Below, in pieces: positions 1 to 12,334 of a stretch of 64,000 bases of DNA. Made by a program: the position numbers and the translations under genes. Source of the stretch: Eledone cirrhosa (Eukaryota). A model generated the notes under the pieces. The model did no database searches, had not been told where the DNA came from, and worked only from the letters and a program-made list of their open reading frames with translations. Where the stretch lies: contig OZ024748.1 in the NCBI GenBank assembly GCA_964016885.1, positions 29,264,001 through 29,328,000 on the forward strand, in the 5' to 3' direction. The stretch's first letter is position 1, and each line of letters begins with the position of its first letter.

Positions 1-61
1 TTACCATCTCATATTCCATTCCCTTCTAGTTCTCAACATTTATTTAGACAGCTGTCATTCT

Positions 62-1937
62 CCATCTTGTTATTAATGATATTAATCAGCGACAAAATCA
101 AGTTATATGAGATGCAGTTTGGATTTATGCCAGGTAGGGGTAATACGGAAGCCCTCTTTTTGGTGAGACAACTATAGGAGAGGTATTTAGCAAAAAGTAA
201 ATCACTGTATCTAGCATTTTTAGATCTAGAGAAAGCCTTTGATAGGGTCCCACACTCTATAATCTGGTGGGGATTTAGGAAGCTAGGTGTAGATGAATAG
301 TTTGTGAGGGCTAAGCAGGCCATGTATAGAGAAGCCACCAGCAGAGTGAGATTTGAAAATGAGTACTGTGAGAAATTTGAAGTGCAGGTGGAGGTCCTCC
401 AGGGATTGATCCTCAGTCCACTCCTGTTTATTGTATTTCAGGTGGAGGTCCTCCAGGGATTGATCCTCAGTCCACTCCTGTTTATTGTATTTCAGGTGGA
501 GGTCCTCCAGGGATTGATCCTCAGTCCACTCCTATTTATCCTTGTATTTCAGGTGGAGGTCCTCCAGGGATTGATCCTCAGTCCACTCCTATTTATTGTA
601 TTTCAGGCGGCCATCACTGAGGAGTGTAAAATTGGCGGGAGCTGATATATTCTGAATCCGTAGGACAGTTAGAAGCAAAATTTCAAGAATGGAAGAACCT
701 AGAACTGAATGGCCTAAAAGTAAATTTAGCAAAGACCAATGTCTTAATAAGTCGGAAAGTTAGACAGGAAGGTTGCCTTGTTCAATATGTCAGGAATGGG
801 TCAGAAGAAATTCCATAAGGTGCACACAATATAAATTATGGATGCACAAGAGATGTAGTGGGATTACAGGTAGGCTAATAATAAAGATAGACTTTATATG
901 CGGCAGATACACAAAGGAAGTGAGTACAAAGAACACACGTGAAATAGATTACCTCAGTTGCCATAGGAGCTCTCTATAAGTTGTCAACTGCTTTTGCTAC
1001 CTAGGCAATGAAATTAGTAGAGGTGTATGATGCACTGACAGTGTGATAGCTAGGATAAGAACAGACTAGAAGACGTTTAGAGATCTATTACCATTGCTAA
1101 CAACAAAATGCTTTTCTTACTGAATGAAGGGTAGACTGTATGATGCCTCTGTGTGAACTGCAATGCTACATAGCAGTGAAACATGGGCCTTGATTGCAGA
1201 AGACCTGCAGAGGCTAGAAAGTAATGAATAGAGTATGCTCCAATGGATGTATTACGTTAGTGTGCATGAGTGACATAACAAGCAAACTGATGGGAAAACT
1301 TGGCATTGGAGGAATTGGATGTAATGTGCAAGAGAGAAGATTGCATTGGTATGAATGTGTGATGCACATGGAAGATAGCTGTATAAAGAAATGCAGTGAA
1401 ACCCCAGGGGCTGGGACCTGTAGAAGAGGCAGACCCAGGAAGACATGGGATGATGTTGTGAAGCCTGACTTTGAAAAAAACTAAACCTCACAACAGAAAT
1501 GACTAAAGACCATGAGCGCTGGTGCTATGTAGTGCTAAAGAAGACACGACCTGCAGCATACAATGTGACCTGTTCCACCCTCATAACCCCCTTCCTAACA
1601 GTTATTCTCAACATTACTACTTCAACCCCGCCCGACATGTCCCACCCCACATTCGTAGCAGCTGATGCCCTGCTCCCTCTATAAAGTGGTTGGTGATAGG
1701 ATGGGCATTCAGTTGTGGAGGGCTTGCCAAACAAAGGGTTGGGAGGACCCTCAGTTGTTTCAAAGACATGACAACCCCTCCTGTGCACTCAGTGAAATGT
1801 GAGATCATACTTAAGCGCTACTCAGATCCCTGGCCTGCCTGGGAGATCAGTGGCTCCGTTTCAGTACTGACTTGATATGTGTGGACCCTTCCAACCCTTG
1901 CTAGCATGGAAAGCAGATGTTAAAATGATGATGATGA
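62..1937 (+). mobile_element. Decayed RTE-clade LINE, RT and 3' end with (ATG)n tail
   Basis: Broken RT motifs MQFGF, YLAFLDLEKAFDRVP, QG.ILSPLLF, CSICQ..HKRCSG, RRLHWY, RGRPRKTW in several frames; tail gatgttaaaatgatgatgatg; homologous to the RTEs at 26k/57k/62k. Confidence 0.9.
385..607 (+). repeat. 54-bp tandem repeat x4 derived from the RT QG..LSPLLF motif
   Basis: Unit caggtggaggtcctccagggattgatcctcagtccactcctgtttattgtattt; third copy 3 nt longer. Confidence 0.95.
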
Positions 1938-2667
1938 ATTATTAGTCATATTCCCAACACAAACAGCTGTCTAGTGTGTGTGTGTATTTATTTATTCCAC
2001 ACATGGTTAACATCTCCTTCTGAGGAGTTTTACTTAATTTTTTTTTATATATATTTTATATCACACATTTTGTGAACAATGTTGTTGGTGGTAGGCTTCC
2101 AAAGAGCCAATTATTGGTTCACTGAATTCCGAATGGCAAGGGTTGAGTATCAGTGAAGAAGTTTTATCATTGACATACATCAGCAAAAGATATACACATA
2201 TACCTGTATGAAGGGCTTCTACTCAGTTTCTGTCTGCCAAATTTCATTCACATGGTATTGATCAATACAAGGCCCATATTAAAGGACATTAGTCCAAAGT
2301 GCCAGGCATTCATTCACATGGCATTGATGAACACAAGCCTCATAGTAGATAGAAGACACTTGCCCAAGATGCCATACAACTGATTCAAACATGCAACCCC
2401 TCAGTTAAAAAGGAAACTTAACCATACAGTCATACCAGTACCTGTGTTTAAGATATATATAGTGCTTTAACCTACAATATCCTTTTAATGATATTTAGAC
2501 TTACTGTGTTGTTATTTTAATTCAAAATATATTTTTAATTTGTTAAAGAAAACAAACTTAAAACCATTAGTGTTGTTGGTGTTTATGATGATGTTCACTG
2601 TTTGACTGTATAATACCAAAGTAATATTTCATTCATAAAATTTAGTTTCTATTTTTTTCTCCATCAG

Positions 2668-2817
2668 GTTATTTGTGCCAAAGTAGTGACAAATACCCGA
2701 AATCCCGGTGCCCAACGTTATGGTTTTGTAACTATGTCTAGTGTACATGAAGCTTCTAAATGTATTCAACATTTGAATAAAACTGATTTCCATGGTCGTA
2801 TGATATCAATTGAAAAG
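2668..2817 (+). CDS. SAFB: SAFB/SLTM-like gene, RRM exon (upstream exons outside window)
   Basis: cag|GTT..AAG|gtgagt, 150 nt; [50 protein letters not shown] resembles the SAFB RRM (KVVTNARSPGARCYGFVTM..HGKMISVEK). Confidence 0.9.
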
Positions 2818-3266
2818 GTGAGTTATTTTTATGTTTATTGTTTTGTCTACAAAGTTATCATCATCATCATTTAATGTTCATTTTCTTTGCTAGCAAGGGT
2901 TACTGAATTTGATGTGTGTGGTTAGCTATAGTGATAGATATGTGATTTTGATATAGGTGGTCAGCTATAGAGACAGATACATGGTGAACTATTAAATTTG
3001 ATATATGTGGTTAATTTTGAACAATTATTATTCTACACCTACCTCTCTAAATGTTCATTTTGTTTCAGTCATAATGTGCATTTTCTTATACATCCATTCT
3101 TATTTATTTGTGGATAGGACAGATTCATGTGAGAAAAAGAAGAAAGTAATCTCTAATGAATGGTAAAGCAAAATAGCTGCTGTATATGAAAGAGATAGGG
3201 CTGGTGTAGGGATGATGTGTGGCAAATAATTTTAAAATTGAAAAATATTTTCGTTTTATTTTACAG

Positions 3267-3342
3267 ACTAAAAGGGAACCTGGAGCTCAGATTATTAAAA
3301 TGCCAGAAAAGAAAGTAGAAAAATCTGAAGTGAAGAAAGATG
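3267..3342 (+). CDS. SAFB: SAFB-like exon
   Basis: ttacag|ACT..GATG|gtaag, phase 0 to 1; TKREPGAQIIKMPEKKVEKSEVKKD. Confidence 0.85.
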
Positions 3343-4203
3343 GTAAGATTTCATCCTGACATTGATATTTCTTCTGTTAATAAGAATCTACTGATATAAT
3401 TATAATGTAGATAATTTATAAGTAGTTTCTATTGACATTAGATGAGCTTGGTGATAAGTGTTACTAACCAATAATTTGTTTAGTCTTTTTCATAATATAA
3501 TCAGTGACTTGGTCTTTTATTTTCAAAGTTATTTGGAAATCACAGGTTTTCACTTTCATTAGAAATATGGTTTTTATTGTACTGCATAAATATTACTCAT
3601 TATATTCAAATAAGTATGAATACCAAACTATTTTGTTGTCATATGTATTTCTGTATCATCTGTGGATCTATGAACTGATAATGTTTCATCATCATCATCA
3701 CTGTTTAACATCTGTATTTCCAAGCTTGCATGGATTAGATGAGTCGTCCATGTTATGAAACAAGTCTTGCTAGTTGGCCATGCAGTACCTTGTTCAAATG
3801 GAACTGTATTTTGGCTGGGTTTTTTACAGCTGGATGCCCTTCCTAACACAAACTGTGTTGACTGTGGAACTGGATAGTCCCATTATGAGGAGGGTCTGGC
3901 TAGTTGACCACACCACACCCTGCTCATATTGGAACTGTATTTTGGGAGCTGAATGGTCGTATACCTTGCTCCTAATGGAACCGTTTGTTGGCTGTGTTTT
4001 TACAGTTGCTGGATGCCTCTCCTAGCACCAACAACCTTTACAGGGTTTACAGTGTGTGACTGGGTGGTCCTTATATGAGACATGTCTGGTCATGATAAAA
4101 TGTTTCCAGTACACACTGTAAACAGGTTGGCATTAGGAAGGACAGCCAGTTGTAGAAAACCAAGTCCAAAATAGAGCATATGAGTATGACTTGGTGACCT
4201 TAA

Positions 4204-6747
4204 CCCTTTAGCATTCAAAGCGACAAAAACCGACAAGATTATGTCCCCTTTCATTTATTCAAACCGACAAAAACCGACATTTAATACCACACGGAGATCT
4301 CCTAAAAATAAACATTGACATCATCAAAATCTCGTCAATTCGAGATTACTGCGAGATAAAGCCCTTACGCGCGAAAATTAACTCTTAGTATAGTTAAAGA
4401 ACTTGCGATAACACGTGTTTTTAACTTTGAAAGTGTAACATGGCTTCCGAAAGTAGCGACAACGAATTTGAAGGTTTTACATCCTACGACATTCAAGATA
4501 AAAAAGAAACAGAAGATAATATCAGTGATTTATCTTCAAACGAATCAGATATATTTATTTCTGATATATCTGATGATGATGATAGTCACTTTGAAAGTGA
4601 AAGCGAAGATATAACTGACACCATTGAAAAAACACCAACGTGGTTGAAAGAAACAACACCGATACATGTTTCAGATTTTACTGAAAATACTGGACCACAA
4701 CACACATTACCACTCGATGCTAAAGCACTGGATTATTTTTTTTTATTTTTACCACAAACTTTCTTCGACGTTGTGGCAGAAGAGACAAATTGCTATGCAC
4801 AACAACAAATTTCTAACCGAGGAAAACCTGATCTGTTATGGCGTCCAACAGATTCTGCCGAAATGAAAGCGTTTTTTACCATAAACATTATGTTTGGTAT
4901 TAAACAATTTCCACGACTGTGGAATTATTGGAGTACTGATATAAGGTTTGGTGACCCTTATATATCTAGTATTATGGCAAAAACGAGATTTATAAAATTA
5001 AACCAGTATTTGCATCAGGTTGATACTACAAATGCCCCTGGTAGAAATGAATCAAAGTACGACCATTAATTGAAATGTCAGAAAAATTTAAAAGTGTGTA
5101 TATACCTGGAAAAAATCTTAGTGTTGATGAAGCTATGATTGGGTATAAGGGTAGGGTTCATTTCAGACAGTATATGCCAGCTAAGCCCACCAAATGGGGC
5201 ATCAAAGTGTGGGAACTGTGTGAATTGGACACAGGATACTGTGTAAACTTTGATGTTTACACAGGAAAAAAACTTAACGGAGAGAGAAAACACGGGTTGG
5301 GTTACGATGTTGTGTGGTCGCTGACTCAACCCTTCCACTTTCAACACAGACATATTTATTTTGACCGTTTTTTTTCTTCGGTGCTTTTAGCAGAGGATCT
5401 TGCCCTTGTAAATACATACACCTGCGGCACAATAATGAGCAATCGGAAAGGGCTACCCCAAGAAATAAAAGTTGCGAAACTGAAAAACAGAGGGGACATT
5501 CTCCAAATGCAAAAAGAAAACATGTTAGCCACAGTGTTCAAAGACAAACGGCAAATTTTGTTCCTGAGTTCTAACCAACAACCAGGTGTTGGGGCGGAGG
5601 GTAGACCTTTAGTTAACCTCTCCTACAATAAATATATGGGTGGGGTTGACAAATCTGACCAGTACTGTGCATATTATCCAGTTGGACGCCCTGGAAAGAA
5701 ATGGTGGAGATACATCTTGTGGTTTTTAGTGAATTTAACCATTGTGAATTCTTTTATTGTATTTACTAAAAGCCACAAGGATTCGCCACCACCAAAGGAC
5801 TACTGTCATATGAAGTTTCGCGTGGACATTGCATCCCAGCTACGTGGAGGATATACTTCTCGCAAACACAAAGCTGGGAAAAAATCAAAATTAGCAGTGG
5901 TCCACAAAGAAAATATTGATTTTCATAAAGTGGAGAGAATTGATGGTAGGAGGAAGGTTTGCTGATTGTGCTCTTTGCAAAAGAGAAAAACTGTTAAAGG
6001 TTATGCAATCCAAACCCTATTTATGTGTTCCTTTTGCAAAGTGCCATTATGTAAAGGGTGCTTTGGGCAGTATCACGATAGAAATATTGTCTGACAATAT
6101 TGAAAACAATATTTTAAAAATATATTAGCACACATACAAAAACACCTGCATTCACCTGTGTCACACCTGCATCACACCTGTTAATGAACTTATATATTGG
6201 GAACATTCTGTTACGTAATTTTACACCGTACATTGTGTAAGAGTACATTGCCAATATTATTTTGACTGGTGAAAAGGTTTTATACATTTTTTTCAATGAA
6301 TATATTTGCCTGGAATGTAGAGAAAGACTAAAACCTTGTACTGATTACACCTGCATTTTTAATTAATTCACCTGTTCGGAAAACTGCTAGAATTGATGGA
6401 AATCAGCATCTAGATCATTATTTGATTTTTTTGCAACAAATCTAACAGGTAAGGCAGATAAAGTTTAAATTTTTGTGTTTATCCATAAAGTTATTAATTA
6501 CTTTTACACCTGTTAATTAATTTCACCTGCCCATAAAAGTCAAATTTAACAAAAAAAAATCAGGTAAAAATATATAATTGTAAATTATAATTCTTTAAAC
6601 AGCTACTGACAAAATTTCAAGTCTGCACATAGAAAATTAAAGTAATTACAAACAAATAAAATTGATAACCCTCTTGAGTATAATTAAGTGAAAATAATGC
6701 AAATAGATGAACATGACATTTGACAATTCAATGTGAATGCTAAAGGG
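4204..6747 (+). mobile_element. Full-length piggyBac DNA transposon in SAFB intron
   Basis: TTAA at 4200-4203 and 6748-6751; 14-bp TIRs CCCTTTAGCATTCA / TGAATGCTAAAGGG; 5' subterminal direct repeat ttcaaa(g/c)cgacaaaaaccgaca. Confidence 0.95.
4440..6094 (+). pseudogene. piggyBac transposase, disrupted
   Basis: ORFs 4440-5069 and 5075-5965 (SVDEAM, YFDRFF, YNKYMGGVDKSD catalytic motifs); Cys-rich C-terminus C*LC..CSFCKVPLCKGCFGQYH continues in frame past TGA 5963-5965 to 6094. Confidence 0.9.
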
Positions 6748-6842
6748 TTAAGTTATGGCTTATCTAACCCATGCAAGCATGGAAAATAGACATTAATTGA
6801 AGATTATGATGATATATTTGTGTGTGTGTGTGCTATTTGCAG

Positions 6843-6986
6843 AGAGAAAAGATGGTGATAAAGAAGGGGTGAAAAAATTTGGCAGGAAGGACCCAAAGAG
6901 AGATGACAGAAGCAGGAGAATATCCAGCAGGAGAGATGACAGAAGACATAACAGCAGCAGCAGAAGTAGTTACCATAGAACATCAG
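6843..6986 (+). CDS. SAFB: SAFB-like exon (R/D/S-rich)
   Basis: tgcag|AG..TCAG|gtcagt, 144 nt, phase 1-1; ERKDGDKEGVKKFGRKDPKRDDRSRR. Confidence 0.8.
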
Positions 6987-7148
6987 GTCAGTCTCCCTTA
7001 ACACTTCTCTGTCAGTGTGTCTGTTGTCCTTATACAAGACACTTAACTTTACTTTATCTAAAGACAATATGGTGATAGATATATATGTCTGGACTTCACT
7101 TCAAACATTCAACTATTATTTGTAAGTTGTTTTATGTAAATATTTCAG

Positions 7149-7552
7149 ATAAATCTCATGTGTCTACATCAAGTAGGGGTACAAGTAAACCAGGTACAAG
7201 TAAACCAGATGCAAGTAAACCAGGTACAAGTAAACCAGATACAAGTAAACCAAGTACAAATAAACCAAGTACAAGTAAACCAAGTACAAGTAAACCAAGT
7301 ACAAGTAAACCAGCTACAAGTAAACCAGCTACAAGTAAACCAGCTACAAGTAAACCAGGTACAAGTTCAAGATCTGTTACAAAAGAGGGCTCTGAGAAAG
7401 GTGTAAAACCTTTATCACCATCAAACACTAAAGAGAAGGTTGCCAACCCAGAAAAGCCTGAACCAGGTGAACCAACTGCCACAACTGAAACTACAAAAGA
7501 TAAAAGTGGCAAAGATACCAAGAAGGATATTTTATCATTTGATAGAATAAAA
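7149..7552 (+). CDS. SAFB: SAFB-like exon with pentapeptide repeat, ends ILSFDRIK
   Basis: ttcag|AT..AAA|gtaagt, phase 1 to 0; ILSFDRIK resembles the SAFB SFDKVK motif before the coiled coil. Confidence 0.85.
7178..7366 (+). repeat. Coding 15-bp tandem repeat, 12 copies of xTSKP
   Basis: Unit acaagtaaacca(g/a)(g/a/c)t in the exon reading frame. Confidence 0.95.
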
Positions 7553-7689
7553 GTAAGTACTATTTTGTGTATGTCTTGTAGTGTGTCTAGTCAGGTGTGA
7601 CTTGTATCGTTTGGTGTATTACTTGAGGAATATGTTTTAGTGTGACTAAGTGAGTGGTTTCCTGTAATTAAGGGGTGTGAGTTGTGGGT

Positions 7690-8075
7690 GTAGTTAGTAT
7701 CACTAATTCCACCCTCAAACTAGAGCAGTTAGCATCACTAATTCTACCTCTCAAAGTACAGTAGTTAGTATCACTAACTCCACCCTGAAACTATTGTAGT
7801 TAGTATCACTAACTCCACCCTGAAACTATTGTAGTTAGTATCACTAACTCCACCCTGAAACTATTGTAGTTAGTATCACTAACTCCACCCTGAAACTAAA
7901 GTAGCTAGCATTACTAATTCAACTCTGAAACTATTGTAGTTAGTATCACTAACTCCCCCTTGAAACTATTGTAGTTAGTATTACTAACTCCACCCTAAAA
8001 CTACAGTAGTTAGTATCACCAACTCCACTTTGAAACTAGAATTGTTAGTATCACTAAAATAGTTAGTATTACTGA
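7690..8075. repeat. 35-bp intronic minisatellite, ~11 copies
   Basis: Unit tagttagtatcactaactccaccctgaaactattg (e.g. recurs at 7801, 7836). Confidence 0.95.
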
Positions 8076-8442
8076 TGTCATCATAATATTAAATTTACTC
8101 TACCTTAAAAATAATCACTAGACAGTTTGTTCATTTTGAATTGCTATATCTTCCAACAAAGGATGTAACATTAGCTGGAAATTTAAATAATGTTAGTTTT
8201 ATACAGAACAGGTTTAATCTATGATATGTCTGCTGTATTATTATATTAGTCTCCCAACTCTTGTAAGATATATTATAGTCATGTTTTATATAATTAATTG
8301 ATTTTTGTATTGTTGACTGTTGTACATTTTGTGCTATTGCTTGTTGTCTTATTTTAGTTTGCTATTTAAAAATTATTCTCATTTCATATTGCATTTAAAA
8401 AAAAAAATAAAACAAAAACTCCACCAAATTATTTGACTAAAG

Positions 8443-8585
8443 AAAAGGAATATGGAGCGTTTACGTCAAAGGCATAAGAACATTCATCGGTTGAACAAAT
8501 TTGTTTTAGCTCGTAAGGTTCAGAGAGATGTGAGAAAACAAGAGGAGGATGCTATGCAATTGGACAAAGCTAGAGAAAGATTAAG
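8443..8585 (+). CDS. SAFB: SAFB-like coiled-coil exon (weak acceptor)
   Basis: ctaaag|AAA..TTAAG|gtttg, phase 0 to 2; KRNMERLRQRHK..RKQEEDAMQLDKARERLR; acceptor lacks a pyrimidine tract so the 5' edge is uncertain. Confidence 0.7.
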
Positions 8586-10077
8586 GTTTGTTGAAAATTC
8601 TTTGAAACTTTAATTTTTTAGTGTAAGGTTGCATGGTTGTATGCTTCAGAAGTTCACTTTACAACTATGTAGTTTTTGATTCAGTTCATTGGGTTAACTA
8701 ACCTCAGGTGGGCCAATGCTTTGTAAGTGAAATGTAGTAGAGGAATACTATGTTAAAGCTTATCTAAAGGATTGTTGTTGATTTTTGGTGATAGGTTTAA
8801 CTCCTTATCAGTTGATGGTGTTAAATGACAGGAAAATCAGAATCTGTAAAATATATATTCTGAGTAAAATCCCATTGAAGTCATCTCAGGTGGATAAAAT
8901 AAAAGTACCAATAGAGTACTGGTGTCGATATAATCAACTTTCTCCTCCCTACAAATTGCTAGCCTTGCATCTAAATTAGAAATCCTATTTACTATGCATA
9001 TTGTTTGTTTAAATTGTTTTAACTACCTCATGGTGTATTTATTTTTAATCGAGTGGGTGGTTTAAACACCATTAAAAACGTTTGACAAAAAAATGATATG
9101 TTGGAATAGCTTTCCTTAATGTCTTTTCAAGATCCAAGGAAGAGCTCATCTCTTCCTTGCAAGTTAAAAAAATACCTATCAAGCATACACTTCTTCCACT
9201 CTTGCTGCACTGAACTGTTATTAGTGTTGGTGTTAATGGTTAACTTCAGGTTAACTTTAACAAACAGGCTTATGAACAAAGGCATTCCAGTTGTGACCAT
9301 CCTAGCTTTTTAGGGTTATCTAGAACTACATTATCTAATATGTCTGTTCTTTATGCTGATGGCATGTTATTTAATAGAGATTTCTTGGAGGTTGAGTGAT
9401 CACAGAGAGGATTTATAAATTGTATCTCTACATGGTGTGTATTTCTATCAGGCTGAGTGATCACAGAGACACCGATAATTCTACCTCTTCAGGATATGTA
9501 TTTAGTGTTATGTGAATGTTAATTTGTGACTTAAATGTCTAACTGTCACTTGATTCTCTTTCCCTGGGAATAAAATAAGTAGTTTATATATTAACCCTGT
9601 ATCAATAGGCTTTTCTTTATACTCCTTACCATTAAACATTTTATTACTATATTTCTAATGAAATACACTTTATTTTAATTAATTAATAAAGAAATTTAAG
9701 GGATTTACTAAAATTCTTACTATTACTAAAAGCAGTAATTTAACATATGATTATTATATAAAGTTATGTTGGAAGATTATAATTTAGGTAGGAACACTTT
9801 AAAACTGCGGTTTTTTGTTTCACAGAACCTGAGCCCAAAAGGGTTAAATAAATAATGTTAAGATATCAACAACCTCATCTGAAATTTCTAATATTGGCAT
9901 ATAAAAAAATACATATTTTTTCCTAAATTCCAAAGAAAGTATGTTTGATATTTTTCAGAGTAATATGATGTATAGATCCAGTTCAGTGCGTGGTAGGGAA
10001 TGGAAAAATTTTCATTCTATTTTGATTTTTTCCAAGTATTTTTTTGTGATGTCTTTATATTGTTTTATACTTCTCAG

Positions 10078-10173
10078 GCTGGAGAGAAGAAAGCTGGAGA
10101 AAGAAAAAGTATTAAGATATAGAATGGAAAAAGAACTTCTTCAAAAGGAAAGACTGAAAGCTGAGATGATGAG
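10078..10173 (+). CDS. SAFB: SAFB-like coiled-coil exon, copy A
   Basis: ctcag|G..GAG|gtgagt, 96 nt, phase 2-2; RLERRKLEKEKVLRYRMEKELLQKERLKAEMM. Confidence 0.85.
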
Positions 10174-10522
10174 GTGAGTAAATCAGAAAATATTCTTACT
10201 ATACCATTATGAACTTTATGGTATCTTTTTAATTATTTTTGACATTATTTAGTCAATTGAGTTAATTTACTTATTCCTCTCCCGCCTCTTGGCTACCTTT
10301 TCTATTTGTTTTGTTTATTGGTTGGTTTTGGTTGTTGGCAATAGGATCTTTTAAATAGATTTTACTTTGTGGAAAGTAGTCTGAAATGTAATTCATATGT
10401 GTGACATGATAACAACACTCAACAACTTGTGATCAAATGTATAAAAAGATATTGTAATGTAAATCTGTTGAAAAAAATATATAATTCTTCCTAAATTCCA
10501 AACAAAGTATGTTGTTCTTCAG

Positions 10523-10618
10523 GTTAAAGACAATAAATCTGGAGAAAGAAAAACTATTGAGATATAGATTGGAAAGTGAACTTCTTCAAAAGGAAAGACT
10601 TAAAGCTGAGATGATGAT
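10523..10618 (+). CDS. SAFB: Duplicated coiled-coil exon, copy B
   Basis: ttcag|G..GAT|gtgagt, 96 nt, phase 2-2, open; LKTINLEKEKLLRYRLESELLQKERLKAEMM; flanking intron also duplicated. Confidence 0.65.
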
Positions 10619-11348
10619 GTGAGTAATTCAGATTATTTTCTTACTATATCATTATCAACATTTTAATTGTTTTTGACATCATTTAGTCAATTGAGTTAAT
10701 TACTTATTCCTCTCCCTCCTCTTGGTAACCCTTTCTATTTGTTTTGTTTATTGGTGGTTTTGGTTGTTGGCAATAGGATCTTCTGAATAGATTTTACTGA
10801 GTGGAAAGTAGTCTGAAATATGATTCATATGTGTGACATGATAACAGCATGTGGTTTAAGGTAATTTTCTCTGTTAAAGCAGAGATTAGCCTTGCTGAGC
10901 TCCACAACAAGCTTCATATTCATGATGGGCTCCTTCTTCTGGCAATATTTTATGGCTGGATGTCCTTCTTGGTGCCAACCATTTTAGTCACCCCTTTACA
11001 ACATGTATGGATACAGACTTCCTTTTTTAAACTAGATACACACAGTTTGACATGATAACTTATGTATGAAAAAATATTGTAATGAAGATGTGTAGCAGCC
11101 ATAATAAACCAGTGGTGGTGGGGATCTTTGATTCAGCAGTCATCTTGCATCTTAAACACAACCACTAGCTATATGTAAACTACACTGAGGAAGTATTTAT
11201 GTAGTCACTCAGCCTGCTCGTAATAACAGCTAAATCTCACCATGCCATCTTAAAAAGATGAAGGATACATCTTCTGGCTGCTTATCCACTATTGCAGTTG
11301 TTTACTACTATTAACTTTATTTTGTTGTTTACTGTTCATTGTTTTTAG

Positions 11349-11492
11349 GCTGGAAATGAGACATTCCATGAAAAGACCTTTTGATCGAAGCAACGTACGT
11401 GAGGAAGATCTCTGGGAGGAACCTAAACGTTCCAGGATAAGCAATTCCAACAACTCCTTGAGGTTTGAACTTCCATTCCAGAATGAATCTCA
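11349..11492 (+). CDS. SAFB: SAFB-like exon
   Basis: tttag|G..TCA|gtaagt, 144 nt; KRPFDRSNVREEDLWEEPKR resembles SAFB RRPYD..DAYWPEAKR. Confidence 0.85.
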
Positions 11493-11539
11493 GTAAGTTA
11501 TGTGTGATGAATGATAATATTTCTGTCATTGCTTTATTA

Positions 11540-12025
11540 TTGTTGTTGTTATTATGGCTGTTATTGATTTATTGTTACTGTTGTTGTTATGTCTGTTATT
11601 GATTTATTGTTACTGATGTGTTGTGTTGTTTCCTTGAGCAAGACACTTTATTTCACATTGCTCCAGTTTACTCAGCTGTAGAAATGAAATGATAGGGACT
11701 GGGGTCCATATCACTCCACTGCAAAGTGGTCGTGGAGGTGCCACGGCAAAAAAGCACCCAGCCCACACTGTAAATGTGGTTGGTGTTAGGAAGGGCATCC
11801 AGCTGTAGAAATCAAGCCAGAATCAGTTCCCCTCCCACCCTTGCAAGCAGGGAAAAGGCGGACGTAAAATGAAATGATAATGATGATGATCTCTGTTATT
11901 GATTTATTGTTACTGTTGTTGTTATGTCTGTTATTGATTTATTATTACTGTTGTTGTTATGTCTGTTATTGATTTATTATTACTGTTGTTGTTATGTCTG
12001 TTATTGATTTATTATTATTGTTATG
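11540..12025. repeat. 35-bp minisatellite interrupted by a SINE
   Basis: Unit ctgttgttgttatgtctgttattgatttattgtta on both sides of the SINE at 11614-11890. Confidence 0.85.
11614..11890 (+). mobile_element. 5'-truncated SINE with RTE-type tail
   Basis: Reverse complement of the copies at 25596 and 32532; CORE-like ccttgagcaagacactt; tail cccttgcaagcagggaaaaggcggacgtaaaatga. Confidence 0.85.
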
Positions 12026-12101
12026 ACATTATAAACACTCTTTTACCTTTCTTACCTTTGTGTATGTTTTTTCATTTCATCTCCCTTTCTCTCCCTCTCA
12101 G

Positions 12102-12254
12102 TTACTATGAATATGATCATATTGGTGGTGAAAGACATGTGGAACTTTATGATAGAGAAATGAAGAGAAGGGAGATGGGTCCTGTCCGAGATATTCGAGA
12201 CAGAGAGGACAGACAATCTGATGACCGGTCTCGAACAGATGAAAAACTTGGAAG
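12102..12254 (+). CDS. SAFB: SAFB-like exon
   Basis: Pyrimidine tract, ctcag|T..GAAG|gtaatt, 153 nt, phase 2-2; YDREMKRREMGPVRDIRDREDR. Confidence 0.8.
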
Positions 12255-12334
12255 GTAATTTTTGTTTTTCCTTTTTTTATCTTATATTAGTTTTTATTCA
12301 TTTTTATATTAATGTATGAAAGATCACATATCAA

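Noticed and set aside
5963-5965. Programmed readthrough of TGA before the piggyBac Cys-rich domain
   Set aside because: Simplest explanation is CGA>TGA decay in an element already broken near 5070.
7690-8075. 35-bp repeats as a CRISPR array
   Set aside because: Contiguous units with no unique spacers, no cas genes, eukaryotic intron.
9591-9847. piggyBac-type MITE (TTAA-CCCT..AGGG-TTAA)
   Set aside because: Only 4 bp of terminal match beyond TTAA; plausible but not supportable without a repeat library.
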